A stretch of DNA of 64,000 nt, taken from NCBI GenBank assembly GCA_017439235.1, contig JAFSJN010000005.1, positions 3,066 through 67,065 on the forward strand. The letters are read 5' to 3'. The first letter of the stretch is position 1. Each line of letters starts with the position of its first letter. Below the pieces are notes generated by a model. That model did not search any database. It was given only the letters and a program-made list of their open reading frames with translations, and had not been told where the DNA came from. Origin of the DNA: Paludibacteraceae bacterium. Lineage in GTDB: Bacteria > Bacteroidota > Bacteroidia > Bacteroidales > Paludibacteraceae. The position numbers were made by a program, and so were the translations under genes. Below, in pieces: positions 53,501-61,152 of this stretch.

Positions 53501-56500
53501 AGTATTACCCTCAGTCAAGGCGCTATCAGTAAGATCAAGAAATACTACGGTCGCTGGGAGAAGCAAGGCGAAGATGACGGTTTGACGGTTAGTGCCGACG
53601 GTTTGACGCGTCAGCGCAATATTATCGTCAAGACCAAGACCTATCACTATGGTGAAGAGCAGACACGTATGGTGCTCAAGCCGGAGAAAGAGAGTTATGA
53701 TTTCGGTCCGCTGGCAAACCAATCGCAGAAGATCAATTTCATTCTCACCCGCGTACATGTCCATGACTTATTGGATGCGCAGGGTAATTTTGTGCGTGAA
53801 GATATCATCTCCATCGATACTTTGACAACGCAGTTAGGTATGCAGCCGGGTCAGTGTACGTTTAGGGTTGGTACCGCCTTTGAAAAGGTAGAGGCTGAAA
53901 CAAGGGATAGTCATGCTACAGTTCGCGTAATAAACGATAATACCTCGGGTATCAACTACGATACGTTGGTTGTGACGGGATACCTATATGACAACAAACC
54001 TCAAACGTGCGATGTACGTATACCGTTGATGCAAGCGCCTCTGGAAGGAAATGATTTGTTGTGGTCGGTTATGCATAACGGTCAGCGTTATTTCATCATG
54101 GCAGGAAAGGGGACGACCCAAGACAGTCTTATCTTCCGTCAATACACCCAACGCGGCAACACGCTTTATAAGCGCATCGGAGGAAATCAGCTGATCATGG
54201 GAGCTAAAGACAAGACGAACCGCGATGAAGGATACATCACACCTTGGCAATTTACCTATGTCGATAAGGAAAATCACCAGTTCACGCTCAAGATCGGATT
54301 AACGAGCGATACGCTTCTCTTCAACATAGCAAGTGCGGCCACTCCTGCTGTTGGTGATTCCGCGAGTACATTGACGTATGTGTTTACGGATGTGTACGCA
54401 AACGACAACGCGAACTACGAGGAGCAGGTGAAACTCAAGTACGGACCGAATAATTGGCTGAAGTTCAACGGTTCGGCACTGGAGTTGACGACAAATGAAT
54501 TGGAGGCGGACACTTTCTCGTTGGCTTACCCGCTGCTGGAGTTCAACCTGCTCAATAATGGTACGTACCCCAGCCAAAATCAAGCTGCGTTCGGTTATAA
54601 TGCTACGGCATCGGCATCGATCACAACGGCGTACCAAGGATACTGCGAGTACTCCACGCTGCTGGATAATAAATTGACGTATTTCGCACGTGAGTCGCGA
54701 AACACACGTGAAGCTTTGACCAGTACGGATGCGGCCTATCGCTGGAAGACGACTTGTAAGATCGATACGTTGCGTGACAGGCGCACAACTACGGAGAGTG
54801 GTTTGACATTTAGTAATAGCAGTAATAGTTTTACCTCCACGATCACGCCTACGGGCTTGAGTCCGCGCAATGTGAAGGACGCAAGTGGCAACCATATCGA
54901 TATTGTGGATACGCTGTGTGTGACGCTCGGTCTGCAAACGGATGCTCCTTCGTATCGGTTTAAAGGCGATTGGAGCGGATTCAAGCGCATTGATGACGGT
55001 AATCTGAAGATACCTTTGGTACGTAAAACTTATCATGAGGCAAGTTTCGACTCATTGATCTGCGAGGAAGTGACGAAAGCCGAACGACACTCATTCCCGG
55101 CGGTACTTACAGAAGGTGTCAACGATACGGTTCTGCTGAAATTCAGCACGATCCGTCGTGAGGGTACCCGTTTGCTGAATACAGCGAACGAAGTGATTTC
55201 CGTCATCAGTTCAACATCCTCCTATGTGACGCGTGATATCAAGTATAAAAATGACAGTAGTACCGACAGTATCAAGGGTATGCACCTCAACAACAAGGAC
55301 TTAGCCGAGGTGCGTCTGATGGATGAATACGGTAATACACCTACGTGGTGCAAGATCAAAGCGAAGGGCGATAGTACGGTGACGATACAGTGTTTATCGG
55401 ACGGTGTGCGTTCTCCGCGTTCAACGGAACTCTATCTCGTCTATGTCATCACCATAGAGGAGAACATGCGCATTTTGACCTACCATGTGACCATATCGCA
55501 AGCCAGCCATTTCGATTATGCCAATAACCAGCGGTTGATTCATACCTCCGGTGCGTCAGGTGACCCAATTGGTGCATACGGTTTGCAGCAGGTGCATCAG
55601 AACAAGCGCATCCTTTATTACTATCCGGAACAAGATGTTGAATTACCGGTTCGTGAACGTAACTTCTACGGATGGTGGCGTTGGTACAGAGAAGGACTCG
55701 ACGTGAAGGGCGATTCCGTCTCGGATTCCGATGTACCTGATTCGATATGGCGTTTACCGCCTCGCAATGTAGGTAAATACAACTACCCATACCGTATCAT
55801 CGGCGACTCGGTGATGTTAAAGAAAAAGGATGGGACGGACTCTGTAAAGGTGTTGGTAACGATGGGTCGCTGGACGGTATTCCACTACAGGTCAGAAGAC
55901 TACGGCGGATCGAAGAAAGATCCACCTGCTAAGAACCCGCGTGTAGCGCCGCCGATCACCGAGTTGGGATTAGCTACCAAGCCGACCTTGACTTACGCTG
56001 TCGATATCAGTAACTACTACGATAATCTGCCGATGTCCTTATCGCAGAAGAACCAAGTCGATACGGCCTTGTTGGATACGATTCTGGAGATTAAAGAACC
56101 GACCCTTTCGCTGCGCGAAGTGTTTGAACTGCACCCGTGGACAGAGATGGCAGACACGCTGAATCATTATAAGAGTCTGAGAACGACAAACGACGAGGGT
56201 GAGTATGAGTTAGAGAATGAGCATTATATGGAGGATCATGTAGTCATGGCGCCTACGGGCAATAAACTGTTGCTCTCTACGGAACAACGCTACAACGTTA
56301 ATAATGTTCATGAAGGCGGTTCCTCGGAGTCCTTGTTGGGATATTACATGCTCGACGATAACTGGTGGAAATGGAGCGCCAACAGAGTGCGTCAGGATAC
56401 GATGATCTGGTGCGGCGGTTGGGATGCCGACTGCTTATGGTACACCTATAACCCCCGCTCCAAGACATACACAAGGTGCAATTTATCCATCACCAAGGCC

Positions 56501-59500
56501 GATGACTTCCTGCAAGTGCCGGTGAGGAACAATGTGGATACGGTTTATTATTGTTTGCGTGCACGCAGTAAGAAATCAACCTTCTCCACCGATGGGGACA
56601 ACGCTACAGTAACTACGGTAGAGGGCGACAGCATGTTCAACATCTGCCGTTACAAAGTCTGCTATCACTATCCGTATAAATACGGACCGAGAATGGAGAC
56701 GATATTGAATAATATCCCCAAAGCGTTGATTACCAACGATGAGATCGAGCAGAAGTATGATGTATTGGAGCGGTTGAACTTCGATTACAATGAACCCGGT
56801 CCCGGCTACACCGTTTATCCGCACCCGCTGCCTTGGGGCGATGCATCGTACGGTTATACCTATCCGGAGACCTCGGATCTGCCGCATAACCGCCTTCACA
56901 AAGAGACCGACTTCCCGAACCACGGCGAGTACGGTCTGATCAACCGCTTCCCCTACACCTCCTACTGGAATAAGATGGAGCAGCATGGCGGTGCCGAAAA
57001 AGGTTACATGATTTACTGCGACGGTATGTCTTCGTCCGGTCAGGTAGCCGCCCTCTCGCTCTCTACCGTCCTTTGTTCGGGTCAGAAGATGTTCCTCTCT
57101 GCTTATGTAGGTAACCCGAGTAACCAAACCGGAAAAGCGAATCCGAACTTTATTTTCTCCATACAGGGTAAGACGGATGATATGTTGGATTGGGAAGACA
57201 TCACGACCTATATAACCGGCGATATAGAGCCGGCGACCAGGTGGTATCAGATCCTTATTCCGATTAACCACACCCGTTCCCACAAAGAGGAGTACGAACA
57301 TTTCCGTATTCGTATCTATAACTTAGCGTCGAATTTCGACGGAAACGACTTCATCATCGACGACCTGTGCGTCTTTGCTACCAAACCGCCGTTGATCGCT
57401 TATCAGGCCAATACGGCATGTAAGGAGGAAGATTCTGAAAAGGATACACACGTGATCATGCGTATTGACTACCAGGGTATCCCTTCCGATGATGAGTATA
57501 ACAACGACACCGTTTACTATACGGTCCGTAAAATTCACGGCGATACAAGTTTCATAGCGCTGACCGATCATTATTTGGGCGAGCAGACATACGGTGGTGC
57601 GGATAAGGATACCCCGAGTGTGTACGGTAAGTTGTATATCCCGGCAAAAAACTATGTACCGACAAGCGAAGACTCGGTCTTCGTTAACCTGAACGACTTG
57701 TTAGACCGCTTCGATGAGACCTATAAAGCATATAAAGCGCATGAAGAAGACCCTGCGCTACCGGAGGTGGATATCTTCCGGGAAGGCTATATCTATGAAA
57801 CATTGGAGGGCATCAGTCGTCCGGTGAAGTATGTGATACACAACGCGCTGATGGATCCGGAAGATACGATCACGGTGCATATATCCGGTGAAGTCAGGGA
57901 ATTGCTAAATAGTATCTGCGGTATGACGAGCCATTTGCACGTGAGCAACCGGATGGTGCTCGAACTGAACGGTCTGGAGAACCCCCATACGGAAGTAACT
58001 GGTCTATGCGTCAACTCGACCTATGACATCAGTCTGCGCGTGAAAGGTTCGCTTTATCTGGACAGCGTGGCTCCGATTGACCTCAACGGCTCGTGTATCA
58101 ACGACTGGTTGCTCTACGGCGATACGGCGGATGCGTCGAGCAATGAACGGTACGGCTACTACTACAGCGATATCAAGAAGGTGATCACCGAGATCCTGCG
58201 TACGGAGCCGATGTCCTACAGAACGAACAGGAACCAGTTTGCGCCGAACCTCTCGTCCATCAATAAGAGTGATTTAAGGTATTATGCTGCCGGCAAGAAA
58301 TTCAAGCAATCCGGGCTGGATCCGTACACTCTCATCTCGGATTTGGTGAAGAAAGGTTTCCTCACGCTCTATAAGTCGAAGATCACGACGACGGTGACTA
58401 CCGGCGACTCGGCGAAATACGTCATCTTCCCGATTGTAGGAACCGGTACGGACGCGCTCAACAAAGCGAATGTAGAGGTTTGTCCGCTGCCAATCGTCGT
58501 CAAACTCAAACCGGATGAGTCAGCGGCCGGTGTGCCGTTGATGATAGGTGGTTTGCATCGTGATACGACGGAAATTTCCAAACCTATTGAGGTGCTGATG
58601 TCGGAGAAAGCAGCGAACGAAGGATTTAAGTTGATAGTTGATTCCATTATGCCCCTTGTCGGTATCAAAAATATCACGCTTCGTTCGACCAATGACCCGA
58701 ACTTCCGCGAAGGAGTACACTCGCTGCGCTTATTACCGGATATCTCGTATCCGACATCGGGTACTTATTACACAAAGGGTGATAGTATAGACTTTTCTCC
58801 GGCTCCTGGCAGTTATCACATGCAACCGGGTTATAGTTATACTTTTAATGTTGTGATGCAGACGTTTGGCGGTTTGGATACCTTAGTCGGTGGTTGCGCC
58901 GTAGGTACGATACCGTTTATTCTCTCCGTCATGCCCGACTACCTGCGTTGGGATCCGCAGTCTGCACAAAGCAACGAGTGGAATAATGCCGATAACTGGA
59001 TAGGTGTTACGAAAGAGAATGTGCCCATCCATGAGGATGCCCACTATGCCCCGATGGCCGAAACGTATGTGGTTATTCCTCAAGTGGAGGCCGGTCTGCC
59101 TTATCCTGTAGTGCCCCCGTTGCCAACCGTATGGAAAGACTCGGTACAGAAGGTGAACTTTGAGTACAACAACTGTAATGTGATTCGTTTCTTGCCGGGT
59201 GCTGCGATGGGTCAGCAGCAAAGGATGCGTTATAGCGATGCGGTTATCGATATGGAGATGCCGCAACAAAAATGGGCGTTCCGTGCAGCTCCGGTAACCG
59301 GTATGCTGAGTGGAGATATCTATATGTCGAACGTCGACCTCAACTGGGCATCCAACCCGTGGAAGGTGGCTGAGTTTGATGCCAGTGGTCGTTCGTATAA
59401 GACAGGTAACGGATCGTTCTGGCTGTCGGTTTATAGTCGCAATACGATTCATCAAACCGAAGATGAGACGGAGGCGCGCTCGGCAAAAGCAGACTGGTCA

Positions 59501-60733
59501 AAAGTAACAAATGGTCTTAATCTCTCGTTGCCGGCCGGACAGGGATATGCCGTATATGCGCGTACCAAATCCGGCAAAGACGCTGTAGTACGTCTGCCTA
59601 AGCATGACGATATCTACTATTACTACGGCTCGTATGGCGAGACCCTCTATGACCACTATGTGAACGAATTGGAAACGGCGCGTAGCACGAATGCGGCACC
59701 CAGAACAGCCGGTAAATTGGCGTTCCATGAGGACAGCGAGGGGTATACCATGAGCAATGATAACTCGGTATCCACGACGGGCTTCGTATTCGGCAATCCC
59801 ACAATGGGTTATATTGATATATGGGGCTTCATTGATGACAATTGTCTGGTAGAGGAATTCGGTTATTTGGACGAGAGTGGTGCGGCCAGTATCTATCGGA
59901 CTGTTAGCAGGGAAGCGGCGATGGCCTCCACGGATACGATTATTGAGCAGAAGCGCTACTTGCCGCCGATGCGCTCCATCATGGTGCAGAAGTCGTCAGC
60001 GGCTACTTCACTTCCTGTGACGCTCAATTCCAACCGCGTGGTGACAGATCCAAGTCAGGTAGTTCCCTCTGTTCGATGTGGCGGCGGAGATGACCAAAGT
60101 CTGGCTCAAACTCCCCAACGCGGCGATGCTGCCGTTTTGCGAAAAGGTATTATGACCGTCACGGCTATTAACCCCTGCTCGCCGCGATGCACTTCGTATC
60201 TGTTGCTCGGTCAGGGTTATCACGCCGATATACTGTCCGGAGAGGATGCCTTATTGACGACCCTCAATATCGATAACTTCTCCACGACCGGTACTCCGAC
60301 TACACCTTTTAATATATACGCGAAGGAGGATAGTTGTGGATTGAGTATTGACCTTAGGGACGAGATTGTCAATGTACCGATATCGTTCTATATGAGTAAG
60401 ATGACGTACGACAATGTGACTCATCTGTGGTTTACAGGTGTAAATGCTATTGACGGACCGTTGGTTCTTTACGATGCACAGACAGACACCGAGCGTGCGA
60501 TTATCGATGGTATATGCCTGGATATCGCTACTCCGAAGACCAATCACGAGACACGCTACTATATCCGTCGCCGCGGATGGACTCCGGATAGCGGTTGGGG
60601 AAGCGGAGTAACTACCGACATACGCCCCGTATCTGCAGAAACGAATCAGACGATGAAGATTATTCACGAAGGTCATGTACTGATCATCCGTAATGGTCAA
60701 GTATTTACCATGATGGGACAACAAGTAAGATGA
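50570..60733 (+). CDS. Giant secreted/surface protein of unknown family (~3,387 aa)
   Basis: Uninterrupted 10.2-kb frame. The first ATG after the promoter is 50570, with in-frame alternatives at 50582, 50588 and 50597. Signal peptide MKSMRNIRSWSVCALMCVALFCSPARMHA. Only patchy resemblance to known modules (see findings). Confidence 0.85.
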   Translation: MACKMHMKSMRNIRSWSVCALMCVALFCSPARMHADGWTPTDGGLVVNLEQGDRFLLSVMVDHDNNPSTPDREYFVVNYSRYEGDDYFHYKKNDKFIYAEGKHLKLAQQDAHATEPSEMSIWSVGAPLTRVIGGKDYSLGANAGHVYTIWNDGKTLRMNNTSYQFFGDLTSDYNYKDAADVVFVIPTTHTGITSFDPNKTLKEIYKREDQDATTGLINGKIGKGFLGMTYREVYMLDIPKQNNPISYTNASLVCFNTTAKDTTYAKPNAGSGLKVGSGMPVYAFADPKHRATVRTLFRLYLLDKPFNYCSSYFFATDGQDFMNYRYTQSLPGDSTAKKKIYTIDWMSPMKRVGTSDTFKTDFMTVPTDDSTCYYVGYKNDFRTTGESLGSNTAKSAFKKIRTLPLTTLPSPFVVPAGAYGQMVVDTSSTDNNLGVKFEPAGYFLKVSSGKNVSMHDNGDGTWITEEMWTINEEWVGKTIKATLMTGASFSETDPGADVAGWSIDVSGSDVPVKDHSDWTPVGQSGYAQITTSSNEANGDMVFILADQTKWLRYDNNGLVGLEMPLQYPLEGKSSVTLMAPRIKPGYTFYGWCEKADGSSDTLKVGSTYTLTGTGADTLYALASYEGTLHIAISFKKDDGKRYFLTHPGTGTGFRYARARHFDSWVNTWQGMENAQNLNPNYLSTYEVRHPIAKIKKKDDGVISDISPKEHVLDPRSYTMKGQTDSLTFYENFHPTHDEYLGLYYQSPNTILANNTWAGLFTTTSTAPTSWPTYLVPYIESAKIKSERYVEEYDKENKPDSLILKRRINYTEPYVKYDTVNDQFNGQADSATATDFQLTAVSVSDEHYVLLPDTAYAWQDTITFDYHQARQTTEDIWSALVGKQLMAVMVVDRDTVYFHPNRKKHITDPNDLYLSPEFRITQLFKWIPDSRVTTVAEENRVAHSTTDHYWHHTVTSGMNSPMDVKDKSGNYIDIVDTFSITLSQGAISKIKKYYGRWEKQGEDDGLTVSADGLTRQRNIIVKTKTYHYGEEQTRMVLKPEKESYDFGPLANQSQKINFILTRVHVHDLLDAQGNFVREDIISIDTLTTQLGMQPGQCTFRVGTAFEKVEAETRDSHATVRVINDNTSGINYDTLVVTGYLYDNKPQTCDVRIPLMQAPLEGNDLLWSVMHNGQRYFIMAGKGTTQDSLIFRQYTQRGNTLYKRIGGNQLIMGAKDKTNRDEGYITPWQFTYVDKENHQFTLKIGLTSDTLLFNIASAATPAVGDSASTLTYVFTDVYANDNANYEEQVKLKYGPNNWLKFNGSALELTTNELEADTFSLAYPLLEFNLLNNGTYPSQNQAAFGYNATASASITTAYQGYCEYSTLLDNKLTYFARESRNTREALTSTDAAYRWKTTCKIDTLRDRRTTTESGLTFSNSSNSFTSTITPTGLSPRNVKDASGNHIDIVDTLCVTLGLQTDAPSYRFKGDWSGFKRIDDGNLKIPLVRKTYHEASFDSLICEEVTKAERHSFPAVLTEGVNDTVLLKFSTIRREGTRLLNTANEVISVISSTSSYVTRDIKYKNDSSTDSIKGMHLNNKDLAEVRLMDEYGNTPTWCKIKAKGDSTVTIQCLSDGVRSPRSTELYLVYVITIEENMRILTYHVTISQASHFDYANNQRLIHTSGASGDPIGAYGLQQVHQNKRILYYYPEQDVELPVRERNFYGWWRWYREGLDVKGDSVSDSDVPDSIWRLPPRNVGKYNYPYRIIGDSVMLKKKDGTDSVKVLVTMGRWTVFHYRSEDYGGSKKDPPAKNPRVAPPITELGLATKPTLTYAVDISNYYDNLPMSLSQKNQVDTALLDTILEIKEPTLSLREVFELHPWTEMADTLNHYKSLRTTNDEGEYELENEHYMEDHVVMAPTGNKLLLSTEQRYNVNNVHEGGSSESLLGYYMLDDNWWKWSANRVRQDTMIWCGGWDADCLWYTYNPRSKTYTRCNLSITKADDFLQVPVRNNVDTVYYCLRARSKKSTFSTDGDNATVTTVEGDSMFNICRYKVCYHYPYKYGPRMETILNNIPKALITNDEIEQKYDVLERLNFDYNEPGPGYTVYPHPLPWGDASYGYTYPETSDLPHNRLHKETDFPNHGEYGLINRFPYTSYWNKMEQHGGAEKGYMIYCDGMSSSGQVAALSLSTVLCSGQKMFLSAYVGNPSNQTGKANPNFIFSIQGKTDDMLDWEDITTYITGDIEPATRWYQILIPINHTRSHKEEYEHFRIRIYNLASNFDGNDFIIDDLCVFATKPPLIAYQANTACKEEDSEKDTHVIMRIDYQGIPSDDEYNNDTVYYTVRKIHGDTSFIALTDHYLGEQTYGGADKDTPSVYGKLYIPAKNYVPTSEDSVFVNLNDLLDRFDETYKAYKAHEEDPALPEVDIFREGYIYETLEGISRPVKYVIHNALMDPEDTITVHISGEVRELLNSICGMTSHLHVSNRMVLELNGLENPHTEVTGLCVNSTYDISLRVKGSLYLDSVAPIDLNGSCINDWLLYGDTADASSNERYGYYYSDIKKVITEILRTEPMSYRTNRNQFAPNLSSINKSDLRYYAAGKKFKQSGLDPYTLISDLVKKGFLTLYKSKITTTVTTGDSAKYVIFPIVGTGTDALNKANVEVCPLPIVVKLKPDESAAGVPLMIGGLHRDTTEISKPIEVLMSEKAANEGFKLIVDSIMPLVGIKNITLRSTNDPNFREGVHSLRLLPDISYPTSGTYYTKGDSIDFSPAPGSYHMQPGYSYTFNVVMQTFGGLDTLVGGCAVGTIPFILSVMPDYLRWDPQSAQSNEWNNADNWIGVTKENVPIHEDAHYAPMAETYVVIPQVEAGLPYPVVPPLPTVWKDSVQKVNFEYNNCNVIRFLPGAAMGQQQRMRYSDAVIDMEMPQQKWAFRAAPVTGMLSGDIYMSNVDLNWASNPWKVAEFDASGRSYKTGNGSFWLSVYSRNTIHQTEDETEARSAKADWSKVTNGLNLSLPAGQGYAVYARTKSGKDAVVRLPKHDDIYYYYGSYGETLYDHYVNELETARSTNAAPRTAGKLAFHEDSEGYTMSNDNSVSTTGFVFGNPTMGYIDIWGFIDDNCLVEEFGYLDESGAASIYRTVSREAAMASTDTIIEQKRYLPPMRSIMVQKSSAATSLPVTLNSNRVVTDPSQVVPSVRCGGGDDQSLAQTPQRGDAAVLRKGIMTVTAINPCSPRCTSYLLLGQGYHADILSGEDALLTTLNIDNFSTTGTPTTPFNIYAKEDSCGLSIDLRDEIVNVPISFYMSKMTYDNVTHLWFTGVNAIDGPLVLYDAQTDTERAIIDGICLDIATPKTNHETRYYIRRRGWTPDSGWGSGVTTDIRPVSAETNQTMKIIHEGHVLIIRNGQVFTMMGQQVR

Positions 60734-61152
60734 TGCAAGGAATGAAAATATATAGATGGATGTTGATAGCATGGCTGCTATTATGCAGCGTGTCCTCCGC
60801 CTGGGCGTGGGGACAGACTACACCATCTGCGGCGTGGAATGCGGCGCCGACTATGAGTCAGGATGTGTATCCAACGTATCAGTTCCGCTCCACTTCTACG
60901 TGCCAGCCGATAGTAGGTCAGACTTCGTATACCTCCAATCCTTATGCTCCGGGAGCAACAGGAGTGCGTAGAGCACAGAGGGATGGTGAAGGAACAACGT
61001 ATAATCCTGAAGGTTGGAATGAAGATGAGAATGAACCTATCGGATTCGTGAATACGGAGCCCGTAGGTGAACCTTATATACTGCTCCTGTTGGCCGCCTT
61101 GTATATGGCGGTAGTGGGTCTTAAAAGAATGCGTCAAGAGAGGAGAAAGTAA
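60730..61152 (+). CDS. Small secreted, C-terminally anchored protein coupled to the giant ORF
   Basis: 140 aa. Its ATG 60730 overlaps the giant ORF's TGA (ATGA). Signal peptide MKIYRWMLIAWLLLCSVSSAWA, a T/S/P/Q/Y-rich middle, an acidic patch, then GEP-YILLLLAALYMAVVGL-KRMRQERRK. Confidence 0.7.
   Translation: MMQGMKIYRWMLIAWLLLCSVSSAWAWGQTTPSAAWNAAPTMSQDVYPTYQFRSTSTCQPIVGQTSYTSNPYAPGATGVRRAQRDGEGTTYNPEGWNEDENEPIGFVNTEPVGEPYILLLLAALYMAVVGLKRMRQERRK

Noticed and set aside
59030-59044. HEDAH (an HExxH zinc-protease-like motif) inside the giant ORF
   Set aside because: From rough H and E frequencies, a bare HExxH has about a 10% chance of occurring somewhere in ~3,400 aa. The context (NVPIHEDAHYAPM) lacks the hydrophobic helix and the downstream third ligand typical of zincins.
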